41,341 nucleotides of DNA, from positions 1 through 41,341 of the forward strand of contig JBDHDE010000021.1 of the NCBI GenBank assembly GCA_039591655.1, given 5' to 3'. This document shows, one piece after another, positions 1 to 11,256 of the stretch. Both the position numbers and the translations under genes were made by a program. This stretch comes from Gemmatimonadota bacterium (lineage in GTDB: Bacteria; Gemmatimonadota; Gemmatimonadetes; Gemmatimonadales; GWC2-71-9). The notes beneath the pieces were generated by a model. The model did no database searches. It was given only the letters and a program-made list of their open reading frames with translations, and was not told the DNA's origin. The first letter of the stretch is position 1. Every line of letters starts with the position of its first letter.

Positions 1-1939
<1,939 letters not shown>

Positions 1940-2102
1940 GAGGAAGGTCCCGTGTGATCGTTGGAACTGCGAGCAGCAAGCTCCCGATAAGACCTCGCTA
2001 TAAGAACCCCTGGGGCGCCGTTGCTCAAGTCCGCCCGCAAAGAGCCCTGGACCGCGGCGATTCGGCTACCGCCATGAGGGCGCTCGGCGGCATCGTAGCC
2101 GG

Positions 2103-2789
2103 ATGGCGACACTGCGCCTGGCCGAGTCCCGCCCCGCCGAGCGTCCCCGGGAGCGGCTGCTGCACGTGGGGCCGGGCTCCCTCACCCTGGTGGAGCTCCT
2201 GGCGGTGCTCATCGGCTCGGGCACGCCCCGGGCCGATGCGGTGGAGGTCGCCCGGGCGGTCGCCCGGCTGGGCAACGGCGCGGTGCGCGATCTCGTGCGG
2301 CGTCCGCTGGGGGAGTTGGTCCGGCTGCCGGGAATGGGTCGGGCCAAGGCGGCCCGGGTGGTGGCGGCGCTGGAGTTGGGGCGGCGACTCGCCGGGGAGT
2401 CGGCCGAGCCGCGGCGCGAGGTTCGCTCCCCGGCAGACGTGTATCGCTGGTGCGCGCCGGCGCTCAGGGACCTCGTCGTGGAGGAGTTCCACGTTCTGGC
2501 CCTGGACACCCAGAACCGCATCACCCGGGACCTGCTCATTACCCGGGGCACCCTCACCGGCTCGCTGGTGCATCCCCGAGAGGTGTTCCGCCCGGCCATC
2601 GCCGAGGCGGCGGCCAGCGTCATCGTGGTCCACAACCATCCCAGCGGCAGTCCGACCCCCTCGCCCGACGACCGGGCCGTCACCCGGCAATTGGTGGAGG
2701 CGGGGAGGCTGCTGGACATCCCGGTGTACGACCACGTGATCGTGGCCGGGGACCGCCACTTCAGCTTCGCGGAGGCCGGGCTGCTGTAG
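2103..2789 (+). CDS. radC: RadC family protein (HhH + JAB/MPN domain)
   Basis: RPRERLL...ELLAVLIGSG, VHPREVF, HNHPSG..PS..D, DHVIV motifs. Confidence 0.95.
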   Translation: MATLRLAESRPAERPRERLLHVGPGSLTLVELLAVLIGSGTPRADAVEVARAVARLGNGAVRDLVRRPLGELVRLPGMGRAKAARVVAALELGRRLAGESAEPRREVRSPADVYRWCAPALRDLVVEEFHVLALDTQNRITRDLLITRGTLTGSLVHPREVFRPAIAEAAASVIVVHNHPSGSPTPSPDDRAVTRQLVEAGRLLDIPVYDHVIVAGDRHFSFAEAGLL

Positions 2790-2814
2790 CCCTGCCTGCC
2801 AGGCCCCTGGGGTG

Positions 2815-2844
2815 TTTACAAGCAGCCCCGAAACACCGCATTAT
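2815..2844 (+). promoter_or_regulatory. Possible sigma70 promoter for rel
   Basis: TTTACA (2815-2820), 18-nt spacer, CATTAT (2839-2844) in an AT-rich patch. Confidence 0.35.
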
Positions 2845-2925
2845 TCCTAGGGTAATTGGCTGCGGGTCGGGAGGGGTGAACCCCTGGCGGCCCGGGGCAG
2901 GGTAGAGGTGTCTCTAGGAGACTCG

Positions 2926-5118
2926 ATGGCGGCCACTAGCACGCTCCAAACCGCGGATGCCGAGTTCGCCCAGGCACTGGCCGAGCACGAGGATCGGCTG
3001 GACCTGGAGCTGGTGGAGCGCGCCTTCGGGACGAGCGCCGCGGCGCATCGGGGCCAGAAGCGGCTCTCCGGAGAGGACTTCATCTCCCACTCCATCGAGG
3101 TCGCCAAGATCCTGGTGCGCCAGCAGATGGACTCGGTCACCATCGCGGCCGCGCTGCTGCACGACGTGGCTGAGGACTCCGAGGTCTCGCTGGTGGACAT
3201 CCGCGAGGACTTCGGCGACGAGGTCGCCGACATCGTGGATGGCCTGACCAAGATCTCCACTCTCACGTTCCGCTCTGCCGCCGAGGAGCAGTCGGAGAAC
3301 TACCGCAAGCTGCTGCTCTCCATTGCCCGTGATGCCCGGGTGATAATCGTCAAGCTGGCGGATCGGCTGCACAACATGCGGACCCTGGAGCACCTCAACG
3401 AGGAGCGGCGGCTGTCCATTGCCCGGGAGACCCGGGAGATCTACGCGCCGCTGGCCCATCGCTTCGGGATGGCCGGCATGAAGAGCGAGCTCGAAGACCT
3501 GGCGTTCAGATTCCTGGAGTCCGAGGAGCACGGGTCGCTGGCGAAGAAGGTGCAGGCGACCCGCGACGAGCGCGAGGAGATGATCGAGCGACTCCAGGTG
3601 CCGCTGGAGGAGGCCCTGCGCCAAGCGGGCATCGCGGACTTCGAGGTCACCGGGCGGCCCAAGCACCTGTTTTCCATTCACCGCAAGATGCGCCAGCGGC
3701 ACCGGCCGTTCGAGGAGATCTACGACCTCATGGCCTTCCGGGTGCTGGTGAAGAGCGTACGGGACTGCTACCACGCGCTCGGCGTCATCCACCACAACTG
3801 GACGCCGCTCCAGGAGCGGATCAAGGACTACATCGCCTCGCCCAAGTCGAACGGCTATCAGTCGCTGCACACGACGATCTTTGGACCCGGCGGGCAGCTC
3901 TATGAGATCCAGATTCGCACCAGGGACATGCACCGCACCGCGGAGTTCGGGATCGCGGCTCACTGGGTGTACAAGGAGCAGCGCCTCCGGGACGAGCTCG
4001 ACACGCGGTTCGAGTGGTTCCGGCAGCTGCTCGAGCTGCAGCAGGATGCGCACAGCCCCGAGGAGTTCCTCGAGTTCCTGAAGATCGACCTGTTCCAGGA
4101 CGAGATCTTCGTGTTCACGCCGGACGGGGACGTGAAGCGGCTGCCGTCGCGGGCTACGCCCATCGACTTCGCGTTCGCCGTGCACACCGAGGTCGGGCTG
4201 CGGTGCCAGGGCGCCAAGGTGAACGGCCGCATTGCGCCGCTCCATCGGGCCCTGAAGAACGGCGACACGGTGGAGATCCTGACCGGCGCGTTCGCGCGGC
4301 CCAGCAAGGACTGGATGAGCCACGTCCGCACCGCCCGGGCGCGGCACAAGATCCGGCAGTGGATCAAGCAGGAAGAGGGGGAGCGCAGCGTCGGCCTGGG
4401 CAAGGAGATCCTGCAGCGGGAGCTGCGCCGCCGCAGGCTGGAGATGCCCGAGGAGGACACGCTCAAGCAGGCCGCGGAGCGGCTCTCGGTGAGCACGCCG
4501 GAGAAGCTGTTCCAGGTCCTGGGGCGCGGCGACACCCCCATCGGGCAGGTGGTCAAGGCGCTGTTCCCGGAGCACTCCAGCCAGGAGCTCCAGGCGCCGA
4601 AGCCCACGGGGTTCGGCCTGGGGCGGGTGATGGACCGGATCCGCCTCGGGCGGGGCGTGAAGATCCACGGGGTCGACGGGCTGATGGTGCGCTACGCCCA
4701 GTGCTGCCAGCCGGTCCCCGGCGATCCCGTGGTGGGATACGTGACGAAGGGACGCGGCATCTCCATTCACCGCGGCGACTGCCCCAACCTGCTCACGATG
4801 TCCGACGACCCCGAGCGCCGGGTGGAAATCGATTGGCAGGAGATGGAGGGAGAGGTGTTCGTCGTGTGCCTGGGCATCGTGGGCGAGGACCGGCGGGGGC
4901 TCTACGCCGATCTCATGGAGGCGATCTCGGGAACGGGCACCAACATCCGCAGTGCCGAGCTGTGGAGCCGGGACGGGGGCATGTTCGGCTCGGCGTTCGT
5001 CGAGGTGGAGAACCACAACCACCTCGCCAAGGTCATGCGCGCCATGCGGCGGGTGAAGGGGGTCTCGGCGGTGGAGCGGCGCGAACCGGCGGCGCGGGCG
5101 GCGAGCGAGGCGCAGTAG
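2926..5118 (+). CDS. rel: Bifunctional (p)ppGpp synthetase/hydrolase, long RSH (HD-SYNTH-TGS-ACT)
   Basis: Intact HD motif LLHDVAED, KLADRLHNMRTL, RIKDYIASPKSNGYQSLHT (RxKD type), TGS TPIDFAFAVHT, CCQPVPGD, C-terminal ACT. ATG at 2926 follows an AGGAG SD. Confidence 0.95.
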   Translation: MAATSTLQTADAEFAQALAEHEDRLDLELVERAFGTSAAAHRGQKRLSGEDFISHSIEVAKILVRQQMDSVTIAAALLHDVAEDSEVSLVDIREDFGDEVADIVDGLTKISTLTFRSAAEEQSENYRKLLLSIARDARVIIVKLADRLHNMRTLEHLNEERRLSIARETREIYAPLAHRFGMAGMKSELEDLAFRFLESEEHGSLAKKVQATRDEREEMIERLQVPLEEALRQAGIADFEVTGRPKHLFSIHRKMRQRHRPFEEIYDLMAFRVLVKSVRDCYHALGVIHHNWTPLQERIKDYIASPKSNGYQSLHTTIFGPGGQLYEIQIRTRDMHRTAEFGIAAHWVYKEQRLRDELDTRFEWFRQLLELQQDAHSPEEFLEFLKIDLFQDEIFVFTPDGDVKRLPSRATPIDFAFAVHTEVGLRCQGAKVNGRIAPLHRALKNGDTVEILTGAFARPSKDWMSHVRTARARHKIRQWIKQEEGERSVGLGKEILQRELRRRRLEMPEEDTLKQAAERLSVSTPEKLFQVLGRGDTPIGQVVKALFPEHSSQELQAPKPTGFGLGRVMDRIRLGRGVKIHGVDGLMVRYAQCCQPVPGDPVVGYVTKGRGISIHRGDCPNLLTMSDDPERRVEIDWQEMEGEVFVVCLGIVGEDRRGLYADLMEAISGTGTNIRSAELWSRDGGMFGSAFVEVENHNHLAKVMRAMRRVKGVSAVERREPAARAASEAQ

Positions 5119-5221
5119 CGCTCGGGGGTGGGCCACACCGCCGCGCCCTGCATTTGAAGTATCCTCCGCCAGCTCCCTCCCGCTCCCCCCGGCCCCCGCC
5201 ACTCCCTAAGTTTCACACACC

Positions 5222-7261
5222 ATGGCCACCTTCGACCTCGAGATGCCCTTCACGCTGGCCGGCGATCAGCCCAAGGCGGTGGCGGATCTGGCGGCCGGCC
5301 TCCAGCGGGGGGAGCGGTATCAGACGCTGCTCGGCGTCACCGGCTCGGGGAAGACCGTGACGATGGCGTCCGCTATTGCCGCGTTCGGTCGCCCGACGCT
5401 CGTGTTGTCCCACAACAAGACCCTGGCGGCGCAGCTCTACGGCGAGCTCAAGTCGTTCTTTCCGCGTAACGCCGTGGAGTACTTCGTCTCTTACTACGAC
5501 TACTACCAGCCCGAAGCCTACGTGCCGGCCACCGACACGTACATCGAGAAGGATGCCTCCATCAACGAGGACATCGATGCGCTGCGGCTGCGCGCCACGT
5601 CCAGCCTGGTGGAGCGGGACGACGTCGTCATCGTCGCCTCTGTGAGCGCGATCTACGGGCTGGGCGATCCCGCGGAGTACCGCGAGCTGATGGTGACGGT
5701 CGACGCAGGGGAGGAGCGTCCCCGCGATGCAGTGCTGGAGGAGCTGGTGCAGATCCAGTACCGCCGCAACGACGTCGTCCTGGAGCGCGGCACCTTCCGG
5801 GTGCGGGGCGATACCGTGGAGGTGCTCCCCGCGTATGAGGAGCAGGCTGTCCGTATCGAGTTCTGGGGTGACGAGGTTGAGCGGATCTCCAAGATCGATC
5901 CGCTGACCGGGAACTTGATCACCGAGCTGCAGCGCTGCGCGATCTACCCCGCCACGCACTATGTGAGGCGGCGGCCCACCATCGACCGGGCCGTGAACGT
6001 AATCCGAGAGGAGCTGGCGCAGCAGCTCAAGGCGTTCCGGGAGCACGGCAAGCTGTTGGAGGCGCAGCGCCTCGAATCCCGTACCATGTTCGACCTCGAC
6101 ATGCTGCTCGAGATCGGCACCTGCGCGGGCGTGGAGAACTACAGTCGTCACGTGGACGGGCGGCGCCCGGGCGAGCGGCCGGCGTGCCTGCTGGACTACT
6201 TCCCCGAGGAGTACCTCACGATCGTGGACGAGTCCCACGTCACACTGCCGCAGGTTGGGGGCATGTACCACGGCGACCGCTCGCGCAAGCTGACGCTGGT
6301 GGAGCACGGCTTCCGGCTGCCCTCGGCGCTGGACAACCGGCCGCTGAACTTCGACGAGTTCATGCAGCTCACCCCCCGGACGCTGTTCGTATCCGCGACG
6401 CCCGGCGACTTCGAGCTGGAGCTCACGGGCGGGGCCGTGGTGGAGCAGATCATCCGGCCTACGGGATTGGTGGATCCCGAGGTGGAGGTGCGCCCGGTGC
6501 GCGGCCAGGTGGACGATCTGTTGGCCGAGATCCGGCGCTGCGAGGCAAACAACGAGCGCGTGTTGGTGACGACACTGACCAAGCGCATGGCCGAGGATCT
6601 GACCGATTACCTGCAGCAGGCCGGCGTGCGAGTGCGCTACATGCACTCCGACATCGATACCATCGAGCGCATGGAGATCGTGCGGGGTCTGCGCCTGGGT
6701 GAGTTCGACGTCCTGGTGGGCATCAACCTGCTGCGGGAGGGGCTAGACCTGCCGGAGGTGGCCCTGGTGGCGATCCTCGACGCCGATCAGGAGGGATTCC
6801 TGCGCTCAGACCGGTCACTGATCCAGACCGTGGGTCGTGCGGCCCGCAACGTGGGTGGGCGGGGCGTGCTGTACGCCGATCGGGTCACGGGATCGATGGA
6901 GCGAGCCCTCAGCGAGATGAACCGCCGCCGTAGCCTCCAGGAGGAGCACAACCGGGAGCACGGGATCACGCCGGCCTCGATCCGCAAGTCGGTGGACCAG
7001 GTCCGGTTGGTGACCCGGGTGGCCGATGCCCGGGCGCCGCGACCGGAGGCGGCGCCCAAGGCGGGGGAGGGGCTCGACCGGGAGAGCCTGCTGGAGGTTC
7101 TCGAGCAGCAGATGCGGGAGGCCGCAGCCGAGTTGGACTTCGAGCTGGCCGCGCAACTGCGGGACCGGTTGTTCGAGCTGCGGGCCGAAGCCGATCCGGA
7201 GCGCCACGCTCCCCGGGGCGCAGTGCGGGCGGGGCGGGGCGCGGGGGGCCGGCGTGGCTGA
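5222..7261 (+). CDS. uvrB: Excinuclease ABC subunit B
   Basis: GDQP, Walker [41 protein letters not shown]-terminal UVR domain FELAAQLRD. Confidence 0.98.
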   Translation: MATFDLEMPFTLAGDQPKAVADLAAGLQRGERYQTLLGVTGSGKTVTMASAIAAFGRPTLVLSHNKTLAAQLYGELKSFFPRNAVEYFVSYYDYYQPEAYVPATDTYIEKDASINEDIDALRLRATSSLVERDDVVIVASVSAIYGLGDPAEYRELMVTVDAGEERPRDAVLEELVQIQYRRNDVVLERGTFRVRGDTVEVLPAYEEQAVRIEFWGDEVERISKIDPLTGNLITELQRCAIYPATHYVRRRPTIDRAVNVIREELAQQLKAFREHGKLLEAQRLESRTMFDLDMLLEIGTCAGVENYSRHVDGRRPGERPACLLDYFPEEYLTIVDESHVTLPQVGGMYHGDRSRKLTLVEHGFRLPSALDNRPLNFDEFMQLTPRTLFVSATPGDFELELTGGAVVEQIIRPTGLVDPEVEVRPVRGQVDDLLAEIRRCEANNERVLVTTLTKRMAEDLTDYLQQAGVRVRYMHSDIDTIERMEIVRGLRLGEFDVLVGINLLREGLDLPEVALVAILDADQEGFLRSDRSLIQTVGRAARNVGGRGVLYADRVTGSMERALSEMNRRRSLQEEHNREHGITPASIRKSVDQVRLVTRVADARAPRPEAAPKAGEGLDRESLLEVLEQQMREAAAELDFELAAQLRDRLFELRAEADPERHAPRGAVRAGRGAGGRRG

Positions 7262-7664
7262 GAGCGTCACGCTGGCGGAGCTGCGCGCCACGGCGGCGCG
7301 CCTGTGGCAAGAGCTGGGCCCGGGGTCGGTGGTGTGGCTCACCGGCGAGCTGGGCTCGGGCAAGACGACCTTCGTGCAGGCGGTGGCGGATGCCGCCGAG
7401 GCGGAGCCGGCTCGCAGCCCGTCGTTCGCGTTGGTGCACGAGTACCCGTCACCCCACGGCCCCCTGGTGCACGTCGACTGCTACCGGCTGCGGGAGCCCG
7501 CCGAGGCGCTGGACCTCGACTTCCCCGGACTGGAGCGGCGGGCCCGCCTGCTGCTGGTGGAATGGCCGGAGCGGGCGGGCGACCTCGCCCCTCCTCCAGA
7601 CACGCACCTCCACTTGGCGCACGCCGAGGATCCGGAGCGCCGCGTCCTGGAGCGGGTCGCGTGA
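7254..7664 (+). CDS. tsaE: tRNA t6A biosynthesis ATPase TsaE
   Basis: GTG start overlapping the uvrB end; [34 protein letters not shown]. Confidence 0.93.
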   Translation: MAESVTLAELRATAARLWQELGPGSVVWLTGELGSGKTTFVQAVADAAEAEPARSPSFALVHEYPSPHGPLVHVDCYRLREPAEALDLDFPGLERRARLLLVEWPERAGDLAPPPDTHLHLAHAEDPERRVLERVA

Positions 7665-8389
7665 GCCTGTACCTCGCCATCGATACGGCCACCGATATCG
7701 GGAGCGTTGCGGTGGGAGAGCCCGGGCGCACGGTGAGCGAGGTGGTCTTCACCGACCGCCGTCATGCCGCCGCGCTGGTTCCCGCGGTGGAGGAGGTCTT
7801 GCGCTTGGCGGGGGCCGGATACGGTGACCTCACGGGTGTCGCGGTGGCGGACGGTCCCGGGAGCTTCACCGGCCTGCGCATCGGGTTCGCCACGGCCAAG
7901 GGCATCCTGCGGGTGCACGAGGGGCTCGTGCTGCGCACGGCGCCGTCCCTCCTGGCCACGGCGTGGGTGGCACAGCGCTACGTGGCTGGGCCGGTGGCGG
8001 CGCTGTACGACGCGCTGCGGGGGGAGGTCTTCGGCGCGGTGTACGCCAGGGAGGGGGATGCCGTGCGCACGCTGGTGGCGCCGGTGCGCTCCACCCCTGA
8101 GGCGCTGGCCGAGCGTGCCCCGGTGCGGCCGGTCCTGGCTGTAGGGGACGGCGCGGTGGCGCACGCGGCGGCGATGCAGGCCTGGACGGGACGGGAGCCC
8201 CTCGGCCCGCCGGCAGGGGCGCCTAAGGCCGGAGCCCTGATCGAGCTGCTGGCCCTGGAGGGCGCCGCGGTGTTGGTAGCGGATCCAGCGGCGTTCGAGC
8301 CCGCGTACGGGCGCCAGGCCGCCGCCCAGGACAAGTGGGAGCAGAGGCATGGACGACCCTTGCCGCATTCGGGCGGCGACCCCCGCTGA
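7661..8389 (+). CDS. tsaB: tRNA t6A biosynthesis protein TsaB
   Basis: GTGA overlap with the tsaE stop; LAIDTAT, GPGSFTGLRIG, DALRGEVF, EPAY. Confidence 0.93.
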   Translation: MSLYLAIDTATDIGSVAVGEPGRTVSEVVFTDRRHAAALVPAVEEVLRLAGAGYGDLTGVAVADGPGSFTGLRIGFATAKGILRVHEGLVLRTAPSLLATAWVAQRYVAGPVAALYDALRGEVFGAVYAREGDAVRTLVAPVRSTPEALAERAPVRPVLAVGDGAVAHAAAMQAWTGREPLGPPAGAPKAGALIELLALEGAAVLVADPAAFEPAYGRQAAAQDKWEQRHGRPLPHSGGDPR

Positions 8390-8819
8390 CCTCGACGCCG
8401 TCGCGGCCATCGAGCAGCAGGTCTTTTCCGATCCCTGGTCGCGGGACAGCTTCGGTCGCCTGCTGGGGGGCCTCGCCCTGGTGGCGGACGGGGAGCAGGG
8501 TGTGAACGGCTATCTGTTCGCCCTCTGGGTGCAGGAGGAGAGCGAGATCCTCAACGTGGCCGTTCGCCCGGAGGTGCGCCGCCGGGGCATCGCCCGGTGC
8601 CTCATGTCCGAGGCCCTGGAGCGGCTCGCCCGGGAGGGTGTGCGGCAGGTCTTCCTCGAGGTGCGGGAGTCCAACGCCGGCGCCCAGGCGTTCTACGAGC
8701 GCCTCGGATTCAGCTTGGTGGGACGGCGGCGCCAGTACTATCGCCAGCCCCGCGAGGACGCCCTGGTTCTGGCGTGCCCGCTGGCGGCACCGGGGGAGGC
8801 GGCCGGCGTCGCCCAGTGA
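8349..8819 (+). CDS. rimI: Ribosomal-protein-alanine N-acetyltransferase (GNAT)
   Basis: IEQQVFSDPWS, NVAVRPEVRRRGIA, LEVRESN, RRQYY..PREDA; follows tsaB. Confidence 0.9.
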   Translation: MDDPCRIRAATPADLDAVAAIEQQVFSDPWSRDSFGRLLGGLALVADGEQGVNGYLFALWVQEESEILNVAVRPEVRRRGIARCLMSEALERLAREGVRQVFLEVRESNAGAQAFYERLGFSLVGRRRQYYRQPREDALVLACPLAAPGEAAGVAQ

Positions 8820-8876
8820 TTGACAAGACTCCCCAGACCGGTTTGCGTGTAGCGACTTCATCCCGATGCGAATCGC

Positions 8877-10493
8877 ATGAAGCAGATCGTTGAGTGCGTC
8901 CCCAACTTCTCCGAGGGACGCGACCGGGCGGTGATCGACGCGATCGCCCAAGCCATACGCCAGACGCCGGGGTGCACCCTGTTGGACGTGGATCCCGGAC
9001 AGTCGACGAACCGGACCGTCTACACCCTCGTGGGCTCGCTGGACACGGTGGTGGAGGGGGCGCTAGCCGCCGCCCGCGTGGCGCGGCAGCTCATCGATAT
9101 GCGGCAGCATCGGGGCGAGCACCCCCGCATGGGCGCCATGGATGTGTGCCCCTTCGTTCCGGTGGCCGGGGTCACGATGGAGCAGTGCGTGGCATGCGCC
9201 AGGGAATTCGGGCGGCGCGCCGCCGAGGAGCTGGGGATTCCGGTCTTCCTCTACGAGGCCGCCTCCGGGCGGGATCACCGTAAGGCGCTCAAGGACATCC
9301 GCGCGGGGGAGTACGAGGGGCTGGAGGAGAAGCTCACCCAGAAGAAGTGGAAGCCCGACTTCGGCCCGGCCCAGTTCGTACCTGAGTGGGGAGCCACCGC
9401 CACCGGTGCCCGGTTCTTCCTGATCGCCTACAACGTCAACGTCCTCGCCACCAAGAACCAGGCACACCGCATCGCGCTGGATCTCCGGGAGCAGGGCCGC
9501 GGGCCCGACCAGCCGGGACGCCTCCGGGCGGTGAAGGGCTTGGGGTGGTACGTGGGCGAGTACGGCCTGGCCCAGGTCTCCATGAACCTGGATGACTACC
9601 GCATCACCCCGCCGCACGTCGCGTTCGAGGCCTGCGCGGAGCAGGCGAACGCCCTCGGTGTCGCCGTGGCCGGCTCGGAGCTGGTGGGGCTCATCCCGCT
9701 GGAGGCGATGCTGCTGGCCGCCGACCACTACATCGAGCGAGAGGGCCTCTTCATCCTCGACGAGCGGCAGAAGATCCGGCTGGTGATCGAGCGACTGGGG
9801 CTCAACTCGGTGTCCCCGTTCGATCCGGATGAGCGGGTCATCGAGTACATGATCGAGAACGAGGGCGCCGAGCCGCTGGCGAGCCTCTCGGTGCGCGGCT
9901 TCGTCGAGGAGCTGGGGGCCCGCACGGCGGCTCCGGGGGGCGGCTCGGCGGCGGCCCTGATCGCCGCCCTCGGGGCCGCCCTGGGGGCCATGGTGGGGTG
10001 GATGACCTACGGTCGGCGGAAGTTCGCGGCGGTGGATGGCATCATGCGCCAGCAGATCCCGCCGCTGTACCGGGCCATGCACGATCTCATTCCCATGATC
10101 GACGCCGACACCAACGCGTTCAACGACTACCTGGCGGCCATGGGGATGCCGCGGGACAGCGACGAGGAGCGGGCGGCGCGGCATGCGGCCATGCAGGCCG
10201 GCCTCAAGCAGGCGGTGGATGTGCCCCTCAGCACCATGCGCATCGCCGACGGGTGCTGGGGCGCGATGGTGGAGCTTGCCCAGCACGGGAGCAGCGCGAT
10301 GCGCTCGGACCTGGAGGTCGGGGCCAAGGCGCTGGAGGCGGGCGTCTGGGGCTGCTACCGCAACGTGCTCACGAACCTCGGGGACATCGAGCATGCGGCG
10401 TTCCGCGACCAGGTGACGGAGGAGGCCGAATCCCTGGTGCGGCGTGCCGCTGGTCAGCTCGGCGAGGTGCTGCAGCTGCTCGAAGCCCGCTGA
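8877..10493 (+). CDS. ftcd: Bifunctional glutamate formimidoyltransferase / formiminotetrahydrofolate cyclodeaminase
   Basis: VECVPNFSEG, GEHPRMGAMDVCPF, IRAGEYEG, AQVSMNL; C-terminal cyclodeaminase domain with APGGGS, D.DTNAF, SDLEVG, NVLTNL. Confidence 0.95.
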   Translation: MKQIVECVPNFSEGRDRAVIDAIAQAIRQTPGCTLLDVDPGQSTNRTVYTLVGSLDTVVEGALAAARVARQLIDMRQHRGEHPRMGAMDVCPFVPVAGVTMEQCVACAREFGRRAAEELGIPVFLYEAASGRDHRKALKDIRAGEYEGLEEKLTQKKWKPDFGPAQFVPEWGATATGARFFLIAYNVNVLATKNQAHRIALDLREQGRGPDQPGRLRAVKGLGWYVGEYGLAQVSMNLDDYRITPPHVAFEACAEQANALGVAVAGSELVGLIPLEAMLLAADHYIEREGLFILDERQKIRLVIERLGLNSVSPFDPDERVIEYMIENEGAEPLASLSVRGFVEELGARTAAPGGGSAAALIAALGAALGAMVGWMTYGRRKFAAVDGIMRQQIPPLYRAMHDLIPMIDADTNAFNDYLAAMGMPRDSDEERAARHAAMQAGLKQAVDVPLSTMRIADGCWGAMVELAQHGSSAMRSDLEVGAKALEAGVWGCYRNVLTNLGDIEHAAFRDQVTEEAESLVRRAAGQLGEVLQLLEAR

Positions 10494-10712
10494 GCGAGCC
10501 TGGACCGCCGTCGCTTCGGTGATTCACGTCATATTGCCCAGCCCCATGGCCCCGCTACCCTAGCTTCCGCGACGCACCGGCGTCCGGGGGGGGTACACCC
10601 ATCCCCATTTGGGACCTTCGGGATGCGTTTGGGGTGTCCCAGGGGTGAGAGGCGGGTCGTTGGACCCGTCAGACAGCCCCGCATGGAATGGCCCCAAATC
10701 GCGTATCTTTGG

Positions 10713-10742
10713 TTGACAAAAGGACTTGCAGCCCCTTAATTT
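10713..10742 (+). promoter_or_regulatory. Probable sigma70 promoter for ssb
   Basis: Perfect TTGACA (10713-10718), 18-nt spacer, TAATTT (10737-10742). Confidence 0.55.
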
Positions 10743-10782
10743 GGGCCGGTCCGGGTCCCACCCCCCAACGTCGGAGGTCGCT

Positions 10783-11256
10783 TTGAGCCGTAGTCTGAAC
10801 AAGGTGATGTTGATCGGAAACCTGGGGGCCGACCCGGAGGTCCGCAGCACTGCCAGCGGGACACGGGTGGCCACGCTGTCAGTGGCTACCAGCCGGTCCT
10901 GGACCAACCAGGCCGGCGAGCGTCAGGAGAAGACGGAGTGGCACCGAGTGGTGCTGTGGAACAACCGGAACCGCGGGATGGCCGACATCGCCGAGAAGTA
11001 CCTGAAGAAGGGCGACCGGATCTATATCGAGGGACGGATCGAGTACCGCACCTGGGAGGATCGCGAAGGCAACACGCGGTACTCGACCGAGATCAACGCC
11101 CGCGAGATGCTCATGCTGTCGCCGCGAGGTGGGGGGATGGACGCAGACGTGCCGGCGCGGGCTCCCGCGCAGCCGGCCGTCGCGGATGGGCAGTCGGAGT
11201 CGTACAACGACTTCCCGGAGGCGCTTGATGAGGAAGACGACGATCTTCCGTTCTAG
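10783..11256 (+). CDS. ssb: Single-stranded DNA-binding protein
   Basis: TTG start after a GGAGG SD; SLNKVMLIGNLGADPE, EKTEWHRVV, acidic tail DDDLPF. Confidence 0.97.
   Translation: MSRSLNKVMLIGNLGADPEVRSTASGTRVATLSVATSRSWTNQAGERQEKTEWHRVVLWNNRNRGMADIAEKYLKKGDRIYIEGRIEYRTWEDREGNTRYSTEINAREMLMLSPRGGGMDADVPARAPAQPAVADGQSESYNDFPEALDEEDDDLPF

Noticed and set aside
2103..2789. radC as a marker of a mobile element
   Set aside because: It is the full-length chromosomal type among housekeeping genes, with no integrase or att sites nearby.
7254..8819. tsaE-tsaB-rimI without tsaD
   Set aside because: This is a common arrangement; tsaD is often encoded elsewhere.
8820..8850. TTGACA upstream of ftcd as a promoter
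   Set aside because: No convincing -10 box at 16-18 nt spacing.
10689..10702. TGGC...GC upstream of ssb as a sigma54 site
   Set aside because: Spacing is GG-N9-GC rather than the required N10.
2040..10782. Shared SOS/LexA box upstream of radC, uvrB and ssb
   Set aside because: No common palindrome found by eye; the shared CCTGGACCGC is non-palindromic and plausible by chance at this GC content.
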